Shown: piece after piece, positions 1 through 9,758 of the stretch
Position numbering within the stretch: the stretch's first letter is position 1
How the letters are laid out: every line of letters starts with the position of its first letter
Origin: Bacteriovoracaceae bacterium
Lineage (GTDB): Bacteria > Bdellovibrionota > Bacteriovoracia > Bacteriovoracales > Bacteriovoracaceae
Length of the DNA stretch: 39,214 nt
Assembly: GCA_018649885.1 (NCBI GenBank)
Contig: JABIHA010000130.1
Span: 1-39,214, forward strand
Reading direction: 5' to 3'
Program-made: the position numbers and the translations under genes
The notes under the pieces: generated by a model
What the model saw: the letters and a program-made list of their open reading frames with translations, nothing else
What the model was told of the DNA's origin: nothing
The model's database searches: none

Positions 1-91
1 CCAACTCGGAAATGGGAGTTCCTTTTTCAATGTGAGCGGTTAAGATGTTGAATTTCTGTGATTGAGTTACTCTTTTTCTATTCAAATCCAT
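1..91 (-). CDS. IS3-family transposase OrfA, N-terminus (partial)
   Basis: Manual translation from ATG at 91: MDLNRKRVTQSQKFNILTAHIEKGTPISEL..., resembling the HTH_Tnp_1 pattern (RKR.T...K..I.......G..ISELA). SD GGAGG lies 6 nt upstream. Not in the ORF track. Confidence 0.75.
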   Translation of the reverse strand, partial: MDLNRKRVTQSQKFNILTAHIEKGTPISEL

Positions 92-140
92 GGTTTTCCT
101 CCGGATTTAGGAGGTAGCCATCAAATGGGGGTCACGAACA
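1..140 (-). mobile_element. Left end of an IS3-family insertion sequence (runs off the window's left edge)
   Basis: Minus strand begins TGTTCGTGACCCCCATTTGATGGCTACC at 140 (5'-TG end typical of IS3-family IRs), followed by a GGAGG SD and an orfA-like HTH ORF. Confidence 0.7.
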
Positions 141-372
141 AACTCTATAATCAGGAAATATATCTTGTATTTGTGATTTCTGTAAATTATTTTCTCCCTA
201 AGTATAACCTCCAAGTTTAGGCAGAGTGTTGGAACCTATGGTATTTTGAAAAATTTACGGATGTGTTATAAGAATAGACATGTTGTAATTGATTAATTTT
301 TAGGTGTTTAGAGCAAGAACATGCGATGGCACCACAATAGTGGCTCCATCACACCTCTTAAGCGACGTGGTA

Positions 373-756
373 CTAGCGGCTAATCACACAAAGACACATA
401 AAGTTCAACTTTCGGTGAACATGTCCGCTCGATGTTGATACCATACACACTTTTCTCCTGGCTGCTGAGCTGAAATTGTTTCCATATAACTCACCTTTTG
501 CAAGAGGCATATTGCTAGTTTCCTTTGCTTTACAGACATAAGTGTATTTATTGACCAGCGAAGGCATGTTAAATTTTTCAAACTCGGCGACACTACCTCT
601 GGCCCTTCGGCAGACAACACTACAAGGTGTTGAACTCGATGGAAACCAACCCAATTTTTTGCCCTGATAAAAACCGTCTTGGACTGGGTTGGCATAAACT
701 AGTGAACTTAAACTAAAAATAAAACCCACAAGAATTAAGCTCTTTACGTTTCTCAT
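373..756 (-). CDS. Small secreted Cys-rich protein, possibly DM9/DUF3421-like
   Basis: Signal peptide ending VYA, AAGGAG SD, 6 Cys, and a W...YVCKA...G...CMV...FMCLC pattern. Confidence 0.75.
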   Translation of the reverse strand: MRNVKSLILVGFIFSLSSLVYANPVQDGFYQGKKLGWFPSSSTPCSVVCRRARGSVAEFEKFNMPSLVNKYTYVCKAKETSNMPLAKGELYGNNFSSAARRKVCMVSTSSGHVHRKLNFMCLCVISR

Positions 757-996
757 TTTTCTACTCCTTTGTGCTGTATTTCTTTAATAGACAATAGAAA
801 AACCACTCTACGCCCTCTTTTTCGTAATGGTATATTCTTACTGATGACAAAAACTATCTTTTATCAGGAAATTAGGGCGAATTAGATGGGCATTCGTGCG
901 TGAAATTCTTAACTTTGACCAGTCTTGTTCAAATTGGGCTCCAGAAATATTACTCAATTCATTTTTCTAGATTCGAAATTTCAGAAATTGCCTTAT

Positions 997-1503
997 TTAG
1001 ATATTATCAATAGGTCTTCGGTGGTCTCTGTGAGTACATTTTAATTTGTAGGAATACATTCTCACTGAGCCAGAAGATAAGTACAACTCAAGAAAACCTT
1101 CATTAGTTTTGACGTTGTAGATCATAAGAAAACTACTATCTGTCTTGGTACTTCCAGGGATTGTTGAAACCTTTCGATAATTAAAACCATTAAAGGTATG
1201 AGTCTTAATTAAGTTTTGAGAAAATGTTCTTCCAAGATTGATTCTTTTGTTATCTTTCATTGTAAGCTGAACAAATATTCTCTGGTCAGGCAGCTCTGTT
1301 GGCCCCATAGACCTGACAAATAAGTCGAGGGAGTCGACACCTAGGTTTTTCTGATCATTAGCTAAGTGAGAGTATCCAGTAGATGAATTGGTAAAGTGTG
1401 AAAGATGTTTTTGCAATTTTCCACTGCAGGTCAGTGAGTCAGATCCACCAGAATAAGCACTTTGAATTAAAAATGTGGCCATTAGGCAAATAAATGTTTT
1501 CAC
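997..1503 (-). CDS. Secreted hypothetical protein, divergent from LysR
   Basis: GGAGG SD, GTG start, signal peptide ending AYS. Confidence 0.8.
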   Translation of the reverse strand: MKTFICLMATFLIQSAYSGGSDSLTCSGKLQKHLSHFTNSSTGYSHLANDQKNLGVDSLDLFVRSMGPTELPDQRIFVQLTMKDNKRINLGRTFSQNLIKTHTFNGFNYRKVSTIPGSTKTDSSFLMIYNVKTNEGFLELYLSSGSVRMYSYKLKCTHRDHRRPIDNI

Positions 1504-1576
1504 GTTACCCTCCTATTGAACGCAAGAATTAGATTTAAAAATAAAATATCCTTACCGATCTAACAAATGATTTGAT

Positions 1577-1594
1577 TTCAATGATATTGTTGAA
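1577..1594. promoter_or_regulatory. Putative LysR binding site
   Basis: Dyad TTCAA-TGATATTG-TTGAA in the divergent intergenic region just upstream of the LysR start. Confidence 0.45.
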
Positions 1595-1606
1595 TAAAAT
1601 AGAACG

Positions 1607-2494
1607 ATGAAACTAGACCAATTAAGTTATTTTTTAGAAACAGCAAGGACAGAGCATATTGGTAAGGCCTCAAAAATATTGGCCATAAGTCCTAGTGCTA
1701 TTAGCCACAGTATTTCTTCACTTGAAGCTGAATTAGGGCAAAAGCTATTTTGCAAAAATGGTAAGTACATCTCCTTGACTACTCACGGCATGTTGTTAAA
1801 ACAAAGGGCCTCTGAGCTACTAGCTCAAGCTAGTGCCATAAAAGAGGAGTTGACATCAAATGAGATAGAGCTTCAAGGGAATGTTAGGCTGGCGGCGACA
1901 CATCAACTTTGTAGTAAACTATTGACTCCTGCATGGTGTAAGTTTCAGCAAAAGCATCCGCTTTTAACATCAGAAATTTACACTACAAGGTCTGTCGATG
2001 TCATAGATGGAGTGATGAATGGTTATTACGATTTTGGTATCTGCTTTAGCCCTTTGGAGCACCCTGATTTGGAGTGTGAGGTTCTTCATAAGGGACAGCT
2101 AAAAATTGTGGTTAAAAAATCACATCCTCTCCTAAAAAAGCGTGCAAAAGAGCAATTGGCTTGTATATCTCAATATGGGGCCATTCTTCCAAAAGCATTT
2201 AGTGGAATAGAAGTTTGTGAACAAAACCCGATGTTCAAGAAATTTAATATTGATATTAATCGCGACTGTCTATTTGATAGCTATGAAATCGCTGAAATAA
2301 AGCTCTCATGCTCAAAGTCTTGGAGTCTATTTCCCGATTTTATATGTGACAGTAAAAACTCTCGCGTGAGCGCTATTTCTCATCCAAAGACCTGGAGTGC
2401 TCCCTATACTGTATCCGCCATCTGGAGAAAGGATAGAATCCTGCAAAGATCCCTTGAAGGACTCAAGTCTCAAATCTATATGAATCTACAGTGA
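1607..2494 (+). CDS. LysR-family transcriptional regulator
   Basis: N-terminal HTH (MKLDQLSYF...ASKILAISPSAISHSISSLEAELGQKLF...LTTHG) and 295-aa length. Confidence 0.95.
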   Translation: MKLDQLSYFLETARTEHIGKASKILAISPSAISHSISSLEAELGQKLFCKNGKYISLTTHGMLLKQRASELLAQASAIKEELTSNEIELQGNVRLAATHQLCSKLLTPAWCKFQQKHPLLTSEIYTTRSVDVIDGVMNGYYDFGICFSPLEHPDLECEVLHKGQLKIVVKKSHPLLKKRAKEQLACISQYGAILPKAFSGIEVCEQNPMFKKFNIDINRDCLFDSYEIAEIKLSCSKSWSLFPDFICDSKNSRVSAISHPKTWSAPYTVSAIWRKDRILQRSLEGLKSQIYMNLQ

Positions 2495-2523
2495 AAAGTA
2501 AGTTGGAGCTTATATTCTAGTCC

Positions 2524-3060
2524 TTACTCAGAACGATAGAAATTCCTTTTGAAGAGCAGGTATAAATAATCCGCTCCAGAGATAACGCTTACTATAATTG
2601 TTGGAAAAAGAATCCATCCGTGAAACATTTTAAAATATAGATAATCAGTGATTAAAATAAATTGAAGAACTGTGGCCACTTTTCCTAGAATTCGAGGGTG
2701 GACATTAAAAAATATTTTCCAGTTTTTTTCTACGAAAAGTATATAGAGGGCCCCAAAAAATACAATGGTGTCTCGAGCTCCAATTAAAAGCAGTTGCCAC
2801 CAAGTCAGGTTTGATTCAAAAAAGATTGTAAACACTACTGAAAAAATAAATAATTTATCGGCAATGGGATCCAGGAGTCCCCCCAACTGGCTTGACCACT
2901 TGAACCATCTACTGAGGGCGCCATCGAAATACTCTGTGGCCAGCGAAATCCCCACTAGCATCAAGCGGTACTCTGGAGGGGCGAATGGGAAATAAAAGGC
3001 CAGGCAAATCCGCAAAATTGTTAAGGTATTAGGTATATGTATTAAAAAAGATGATCTCAC
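2524..3060 (-). CDS. CDP-alcohol phosphatidyltransferase (PgsA-like)
   Basis: IPNTLTILR and DGALSR...SQLGGLLDPIADK signature; hydrophobic. The first conserved Asp appears as Glu (TEYFDG). Confidence 0.9.
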   Translation of the reverse strand: MRSSFLIHIPNTLTILRICLAFYFPFAPPEYRLMLVGISLATEYFDGALSRWFKWSSQLGGLLDPIADKLFIFSVVFTIFFESNLTWWQLLLIGARDTIVFFGALYILFVEKNWKIFFNVHPRILGKVATVLQFILITDYLYFKMFHGWILFPTIIVSVISGADYLYLLFKRNFYRSE

Positions 3061-3208
3061 GTATCAATATTATCATGGTCAGGGGCAAGAAGAAAAGAGG
3101 TGCGTGCTACATCAAATAAGAATCAATTTTAATTCTGATAGAAATAAGTCCATTGAAATATTATTTATAGTAATGAAATGAAGTACATTTTTAAACTTTG
3201 GAGGGGTT

Positions 3209-3727
3209 ATGAATGAAGCACTTATTAATTTCCCAAGTAGAATAAGCGCAAGGCCAGTGGTCTCGGCGAATTTTTTAGTATTTTCTTTGATGATGCTATT
3301 TATGATACTTGGAGGTGGGTTCAATTTATGGGCATTAAACCTTGCAGAATTGCCATATTTAAGTAATGGGTTTTGGGTTTGGGGATTAGTCTCTTGGATC
3401 GTTAGCCTTGGTATTGGTAGTTATATGGCGGCAATTATTGGTAAGGCCGTTAGTTGGCAAGATGGCTCTCTTTATGGGCTTATCACTTGGGCGACGTCTT
3501 GTATTGTGGGTTGTCTTTTCTTAGCGACTACTACGGGAGAATTATTTGGTAGAGAAATGGAAATACCTTTTTTGTGGGGAGCTTTCGTTGGAGATCTTCT
3601 TGCGTTAGCAGTTTGCCTTTATGCAGGTCATCTTGGTGCAAAAGGTGAATTACAACTTGAATTGTCCCAAGAAACTCAAGAACATTCTCATAGGAATATA
3701 AAACTGAAATCAGCAACTAGCAGCTAG
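3209..3727 (+). CDS. Integral membrane protein with about 4 TM helices
   Basis: GGAGG SD; hydrophobic helices with GLITWA and G-rich motifs. Confidence 0.8.
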   Translation: MNEALINFPSRISARPVVSANFLVFSLMMLFMILGGGFNLWALNLAELPYLSNGFWVWGLVSWIVSLGIGSYMAAIIGKAVSWQDGSLYGLITWATSCIVGCLFLATTTGELFGREMEIPFLWGAFVGDLLALAVCLYAGHLGAKGELQLELSQETQEHSHRNIKLKSATSS

Positions 3728-4075
3728 CTGATTTTTCGAGGAATAAATAATGGCTCGAACGTACTTCTGCGTTTGAACCATTTAATGTTATGGCATTCTT
3801 CGAAGTCTTTTCAGTATTCGTACCGCGTCCTCCAACAGGTTTCATGCGCCTTTCGTGTCGCTTATGCTGGGGGATCCTTCTTGAACAACCTTTTTCCATT
3901 TTTGAACATTAATATATGAAATATTGGTGCTGATTTTGTAGACGACCCTGTAAAAAATTCTTATACACAATGACTAACTTCATCTGGGAAATCACAAACG
4001 ATTATTTAGTTGCGCGAATTTTGTTTCGTCAGTAAATTGGCTGGACGGTCGGGGAGCATTCTAAAGGTTTAACCA

Positions 4076-5242
4076 ATGGATGAAAATACAGAATTAGGAG
4101 ATCACAAAATGAGACTACCTGAGGGTCTACAAGAGCAGGATGAAGTCTCAAGTGATCCGTATCAATCCCAAACAGAGCTGTACCAAAATTTTCCTCTAGC
4201 ATTTGATGGTAATCCATACGACCTATTAAAAGTCACTATTAAAAATACATTTTTAACTATCCTAACGCTTGGGCTATATTCCCCCCATGCCAAGACTATA
4301 GAAAGAAAATACCTTTGGCATCACTTGCAATTAAATGATGATCGCTTTCACTATTCCGGAACGGGTAAAGAATTGTTTCGAGGATATATAGTAGCACTGG
4401 GTGTTTATGCTTTATATTTTTTGTCTAATTTTATATTAGGGAAGTATCAAGGAGCTGCAACTGCACTCGTTTCTCTTCTTTTGGCCATTGGAATTTATTG
4501 GGTTTTTATTCCTTTTACTCTTTATTCTTTCTTGGGGTATTTGGGGTCTAGAACTAAGTTTCGTAATATTTGTTTTAGACTAAAAAAAGATAAAAGGGCC
4601 GACTACATGAGAGAATACTTTAGAGGTATTTGCTTCTCAACTCTAAGTTTTGGGCTCTACGTTCCACGCATGCAACACAACGTCAGCAAATTATTAATAA
4701 ATAATTTATCCTATGGGAATTTAAAATTTAAATACACGTGAAATGTAAAGGAAGTTTGTTGGTTGGCTACTAAGTTTATTGCACCAGTCATTGGATTTTC
4801 TATTTTATTATTCCTATCAACGGCGTATTACTTAGAAGTCAACCAATACCTAAAAGAAGGTGCTGAATCCATAGCAGCCTATTCAATATATGGGGTAATA
4901 GTACTGAATTTCTTTGTGAGTCTTCTCGTAATGTCCTTGTATTTAGCCTTTTTTACCGAGTATAGAATAAGTCATACAAAAATTGGAGAATTGAGTCTTA
5001 AGGCCGATTTCTCTTTGGTCAAAATTTTGTGGATTACAGCTACAAATGGGCTGATTTTGATAGCAACTCTTGGACTTGGACTTTATTGGACGCGAATCAG
5101 AAAATATCATTATTACTTCTCAAGGATTGAAGTAACAGGTGAAATTGACTACTTTGATGTTAATGATGGTGGCGAAGTATATGGAGAAGACTCAACAGGG
5201 GCATTTGAGGTGTTTGATTTTGATGGTGGAGTGTTTTTCTAA
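4076..5242 (+). pseudogene. YjgN/DUF898 family membrane protein interrupted by an in-frame TGA at 4739-4741
   Basis: Repeated LTILTLGLYSP / STLSFGLYVP / IATLGLGLYW and F.Y.G.G.ELF motifs. The two track ORFs are in the same frame, separated by TGA plus 7 sense codons. Confidence 0.8.
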
Positions 5243-6876
5243 TGTCATCATCAGCAACTTATTTTAAAAAGAATAGTTCTATTAAACATGATGTTACTGT
5301 CAATAAAAAAGGTACTCAACTCATTATTGAGGGCATTTGTGAGTACAATGTAGATTCTCTTACTGTAGAAACCTTCCCTAGTACAATTATCGTAACATTA
5401 GCAAACGGAGAGGTTTTGAATTTCTCTCCTAATGAGTGGAGTAAACTTGGTATTCAAATGGAGAGTAATGCATTACATGACTGGAGATTTGCGGCACTGG
5501 GCCTGGTGACTTTGTTCTTGGCCTTATTTTTTGTACTTCCACCTTATTTGAATAGCCTCGTTGATAAACTTCCAGCGGATAAAAAGAGAAATTTTATAAG
5601 AAACTATGTGCTCGATAAAAAACTGCTAAATGGATGTGAAACTTCAGCAGATAAGAAATATTTTAAAAGTGCTATTGCGAAAATTGACTCCGTTGATACT
5701 GATCAAATAAAGCTTGTTGTGCAGGAAATGCCCATGCTAAACGCATTTGCTCTTCCAGGTGAAGTTATAGTTATATCAAAAAAGCTCATTGAATCAATTA
5801 AGAAAGAGGAAGAGTTCCTTGCTGTTTTGGCCCACGAAATTGGGCATATTAAGCTAGGCCACCACACAGATATAATTGTAAAAAACTTCATTTACAATCA
5901 GTCCATCAAAATTTTCACTGGTAATGAAGTGAGCTTCATAAGCACATATTTGTCACAGAGATACTCCTCTAATCTCGAAAGAGAAGCAGATCTATTTGCA
6001 ATAGAATCCCTCAAGAACAATGGGATTAACCCAAGGCATGGAGCTGAGTTCTTTAGAAAGATATTGAATTCTCCTGGTAATTCTTTGATTGAAAAATTGA
6101 TTCCAACACATCCTCCTAGTCAAGAAAGAATTGACCTCTTTTCTTCTCAGACAGGAAGGTACACACCACTTTTTTGGGGAGATTGGAATGCATTCCAAAA
6201 TGGTCTCTGTGGAGACATAAGTTTACAAAAGAACATTGATGAGCAAGAAAAAGAATGTATCGCTGGTAGCGTCGGAAAGGTTTGCGATTCTTTGGCCTTA
6301 GAACTGATAAATAAGAAGAGATATGTTGAGTTAGAAAAATTTATTAAGACTGCCTGTGTCATTAGCAATGATCCAATAAGTTGTACCAGATATGGGTTTG
6401 CTAAAATCAAGCAGGGGAAATTTGATGAAGGTTTAAAGTATTATACTAAAAGTTGTGACTTAAAAGATGCTATCGGTTGTTATAACTATTATGTAAATAT
6501 TAAAGATCTCAATATGGCTGAAGGGGTGCGATACCTAAAGAAGGCCTGTAAATTGGATGATGCAGAATCTTGTTTTTACCTAGGTTATGAATTGTCGATA
6601 CAAAATGAAGAAAAAGAAGTCTACATACCGTATTTCAAAAAAGGTTGTAAGTTAAAAGACGACCAGGCATGTTTGTGGTGGGCCACTAAGGCTGAAGGTT
6701 CAATATTAGAAGAAGAAAGGATATCGGCACTAGATCTTTCATGTAAATCAAAAAACCAATCGGGATGTTTTCATTTAGGAGAAACCTATCTTAAAATGGG
6801 GGACAAGGACCAAGCCAGACGGTTGTTTAAAAAATCTTGTGACTTTGGTTACAAAGAGGCTTGTACTCGATTATAA
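5242..6876 (+). CDS. M48-family metallopeptidase with C-terminal Cys-rich Sel1-like repeats
   Basis: NAFALPG, HEIGH (HExxH), EREAD, THPPSQERI; C-terminal KKAC.L....SC..LG repeats. TAATG overlap with the yjgN-like gene. Confidence 0.9.
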   Translation: MSSSATYFKKNSSIKHDVTVNKKGTQLIIEGICEYNVDSLTVETFPSTIIVTLANGEVLNFSPNEWSKLGIQMESNALHDWRFAALGLVTLFLALFFVLPPYLNSLVDKLPADKKRNFIRNYVLDKKLLNGCETSADKKYFKSAIAKIDSVDTDQIKLVVQEMPMLNAFALPGEVIVISKKLIESIKKEEEFLAVLAHEIGHIKLGHHTDIIVKNFIYNQSIKIFTGNEVSFISTYLSQRYSSNLEREADLFAIESLKNNGINPRHGAEFFRKILNSPGNSLIEKLIPTHPPSQERIDLFSSQTGRYTPLFWGDWNAFQNGLCGDISLQKNIDEQEKECIAGSVGKVCDSLALELINKKRYVELEKFIKTACVISNDPISCTRYGFAKIKQGKFDEGLKYYTKSCDLKDAIGCYNYYVNIKDLNMAEGVRYLKKACKLDDAESCFYLGYELSIQNEEKEVYIPYFKKGCKLKDDQACLWWATKAEGSILEEERISALDLSCKSKNQSGCFHLGETYLKMGDKDQARRLFKKSCDFGYKEACTRL

Positions 6877-7007
6877 CATACCTTAGCTTTTCTCCACGGC
6901 CTCCTGCTGTGACAGTATAATCTATCAAATTTTTCTCAAATAGATATTAAGTACCGAAGGTTCCTTCGAGAAGAATTTACTCTATTTTCTAAACTTCCTT
7001 GAGAATT

Positions 7008-7030
7008 TTCACTGAATGTGATTCACTGAA
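7008..7030. promoter_or_regulatory. Putative TetR operator
   Basis: Imperfect palindrome TTCAcTGAAT-GTG-ATTCAcTGAA just upstream of the likely tetR start. Confidence 0.65.
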
Positions 7031-7058
7031 GATTGTTCAGCAAAACATGGAGACTAAA

Positions 7059-7697
7059 GTGCCAACTGCAAGAAAATTAAGAGGTTACAGTAGCAAAAGC
7101 CGAAAGGAGCAAAAGGAAATTACAAAGAGCTCCATCAAAAAAGTGGCGCTAAATCTCTTTTACAAGAAGGGAAAGGACAACACTTCTATTGCAGAAATTG
7201 CTAAAAAGGCCAACATAGCCGGTGGCACCTTCTATTTTCATTTTGAAGACAAAGATCAACTAATTGAAGAGTTGATACAAGAGTTTAATGATAAATATAT
7301 TGAACGCTTTCAAAATGTCTTTGTAGATGGAATTCCAGAGAATGGGGATGAACTTCTTTTTTCTATATGCTCTACCTTTCTCGATCATTTTAAAGAAAAT
7401 AAAAAAGTTGTCTCAATTATTGTCGAAAAGATGAAAATCGATAGAGGTCTTCAGGGCCTGGCCTTTGGTGCCAGTCCTGAATTAATTAATTTCCTGACCC
7501 ATATTTTAGAAATCAAAGCAAAACAACAGGGAGTTTCGATAGAGGACCCAGAGCTTATTATCCACGCTCTTTTTGGAATGTGGCTTAGAGTTGGGCTGCA
7601 ATATCTTTTTAATAAACAAGTAACAAAAGAGAAGTCTCTCGCTGTATTAACTCGCCTCACCCAAGGCGCAATAAAGCAGTATATCTCATTGGAGTAA
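7059..7697 (+). CDS. TetR/AcrR-family regulator
   Basis: TSIAEIAKKANIAGGTFYFHFEDKDQL HTH. Start more likely GTG 7059 (GGAG SD) or ATG 7047 than TTG 6999. Confidence 0.92.
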   Translation: MPTARKLRGYSSKSRKEQKEITKSSIKKVALNLFYKKGKDNTSIAEIAKKANIAGGTFYFHFEDKDQLIEELIQEFNDKYIERFQNVFVDGIPENGDELLFSICSTFLDHFKENKKVVSIIVEKMKIDRGLQGLAFGASPELINFLTHILEIKAKQQGVSIEDPELIIHALFGMWLRVGLQYLFNKQVTKEKSLAVLTRLTQGAIKQYISLE

Positions 7698-7702
7698 TAG
7701 AA

Positions 7703-8977
7703 ATGGAAATAACCCTACCCACTATCCGCCAGATTAAGCCTTCAGGCACCACAACCAAAAAACTACCATTTTCCCACTATAAGCAATCACCTGATCATCC
7801 CAATATAGAAGATCTACAAAATCAAGCCGATGCCTTGTCAAAAGATTTTGAAAAGGTACAACAACTTCCCGATAAGCTATTGCCCAGAATTACTAAGCAA
7901 GTTCACTCCTACATTACTTTCATTAAAAATTGGTTTGCTAACAAAAGATTAGACAGAAAGGGGCGTCACGATCTTTACCCCCTTTATTTATTATGGACTG
8001 TAACTCGTACCTGTAATTTTCGCTGTGATTATTGTTGTGATCATAAGGGAAATAAATATCCAGATCTACCAAATAAAGGAGTTTTAGATACTAATCAGGG
8101 GAAAAAGCTTCTTGATATAATGCGTACTAATACACCTGCAATTTATTACGCTGGAGGTGAACCTACAATAAGAAGAGATCTGCCACAACTTATTAGACAT
8201 GCGAAAAACCTTAACTACTATCCACAAATAATAAATACCAATGGAAGTATTCTGCAAAATTTACTCAAAAAAGAGAGTTGGAGTAATTTTCTTGCCGACA
8301 TGGATATTGTAATTGTTAGTCTGGACAGTCTCAATGTAGATAAACTGGATAAAATGTATGTTTACAACAACAGTACTAATATTATCAGAAATATTTTGGC
8401 CCTAAGGAACTTGCGCAAGAAATATAAGTTTAAGCTTTTTATCAATTGTGTAGTTCAACCAGGAAATATTCAAGATGCAATTGATGTTCTCAACTGGACC
8501 AATGATCTAGGAATTACTTTTGTTGGAGTTCCTGTCAATGATGGTCCAAAGGCCCGGAAAGGAATTATGGATGATCATGAATATTTAAAATTTGTTAATA
8601 CTTTGCTCCAAAGACACAAGCAGGGCCATAAATTTGGGGGATCTTTTTCAATGGATAAAAAGCTATACAATGGTCTTCCATTAGACTGTAGAAATACTCT
8701 CAAGCCTCACGTCGATTTTGATGGAAGACTTTCATGGCCTTGTAAGGCCTGTGTCAACGTCAAGCCTGCAATGGTAAATGTTCTCGAGCACAAAAATGTA
8801 GATGGGGTATGGGCCGCAGGAAGAAAATTAGTAAATCCTGATAATTTTCAAGGTGGTGCAGCTAACCAATGTGGAGCAAATTGCAATTGGGCCCAAAATT
8901 ATTCTACCGATGCATACTATCAAGGTATTAAAAATCCAAGTTTAGTTTTTAGAGATATAATTAATTTTTTGAAATAA
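7703..8977 (+). CDS. Radical SAM protein with a C-terminal auxiliary Cys motif (twitch/SPASM-like)
   Basis: CNFRCDYC, GGEP, NTNG, VSLDS; C-terminal CRNT...DFDG...PCKAC...CGANC. Confidence 0.92.
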   Translation: MEITLPTIRQIKPSGTTTKKLPFSHYKQSPDHPNIEDLQNQADALSKDFEKVQQLPDKLLPRITKQVHSYITFIKNWFANKRLDRKGRHDLYPLYLLWTVTRTCNFRCDYCCDHKGNKYPDLPNKGVLDTNQGKKLLDIMRTNTPAIYYAGGEPTIRRDLPQLIRHAKNLNYYPQIINTNGSILQNLLKKESWSNFLADMDIVIVSLDSLNVDKLDKMYVYNNSTNIIRNILALRNLRKKYKFKLFINCVVQPGNIQDAIDVLNWTNDLGITFVGVPVNDGPKARKGIMDDHEYLKFVNTLLQRHKQGHKFGGSFSMDKKLYNGLPLDCRNTLKPHVDFDGRLSWPCKACVNVKPAMVNVLEHKNVDGVWAAGRKLVNPDNFQGGAANQCGANCNWAQNYSTDAYYQGIKNPSLVFRDIINFLK

Positions 8978-9018
8978 ATATTAAAACAATGGGCAAGGAA
9001 AAGGTTTAAGGTGAAAAT

Positions 9019-9552
9019 ATGTCGATAGATTCAAAATCTTTTAATGGAAGCTCCTCTTCGACCAAAAGATGGTTAAATTCTGTTGATTATAGTGATCTTT
9101 TTTCACAACAATTTCACTGTGAACGAAGTATCAAAATAGACGATATCATGATTGTTATTCCAGAGATATTACCTGATTGGCTGCAATATTTAGCTCTGAT
9201 CAGAAACTCTGTTGTTCGGCCTTTTGGTCTAGGGTGCTCTAATCTACAAGACTATAATAAAGGTTTAAAAAGTTTGTCTTATCTTACAGGGGAGAAAATT
9301 GGACCTTGGGAGATTGTTGATAGTAACGAAAGAAAAATAGTTGTCAGAGGGCGTGATAAGCACCTTGATTTCTGCTGTGGCCTCTGCATAAGCTTGAAAG
9401 ACAAAAAATGTGAGTTAACATTTGAGACAATCGTGTATTTCAGAAATTTTTATGGATTTTGCTATTTTACAATCGTTAAGCCATTTCATCGTCTTATTGT
9501 AAAAAACTTATTAGCAAAAGTGGGGGGAAAGGTGCGTGGCATTCGTGTGTGA
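9019..9552 (+). CDS. DUF2867-family protein
   Basis: DYSD.F, L..IRN.VV.PFGL, DKHLDF and YF.IVKPFHRLIV motifs. Confidence 0.85.
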   Translation: MSIDSKSFNGSSSSTKRWLNSVDYSDLFSQQFHCERSIKIDDIMIVIPEILPDWLQYLALIRNSVVRPFGLGCSNLQDYNKGLKSLSYLTGEKIGPWEIVDSNERKIVVRGRDKHLDFCCGLCISLKDKKCELTFETIVYFRNFYGFCYFTIVKPFHRLIVKNLLAKVGGKVRGIRV

Positions 9553-9758
9553 TACTTTTTACATCACATAGCATTAGGAAAGCTACCTTTGCTGCTTTAA
9601 ATTCTCCAAAGTCTTGAGTTTCAAAAGGTTGATACGTCTTCCGTGAAACGTAGCTACAATTAACCACTCTTTTTTACACATCCCCCAGCAATACCCCATT
9701 GTTTAGAGTATTTTCATAAAAATTAAAATTGTCTCAACAGATGAAAAAGGGAATGAAA

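Noticed and set aside
3730..4070. ncRNA or the 60-aa ORF 3717-3899
   Set aside because: No recognisable RNA family or convincing structure. It looks like decayed coding sequence that I cannot assign.
4739..4741. Genome-wide TGA recoding (Gly/Trp) or selenocysteine
   Set aside because: TGA ends full-length genes (LysR at 2494, yehS at 35961), the other long genes are uninterrupted, and the expected residue here is Gly, not Cys.
7703..8977. Prokaryotic viperin or RiPP maturase
   Set aside because: It lacks the viperin NYH...CNY.C.FCF pattern, and no precursor peptide, RRE or transporter is visible nearby.
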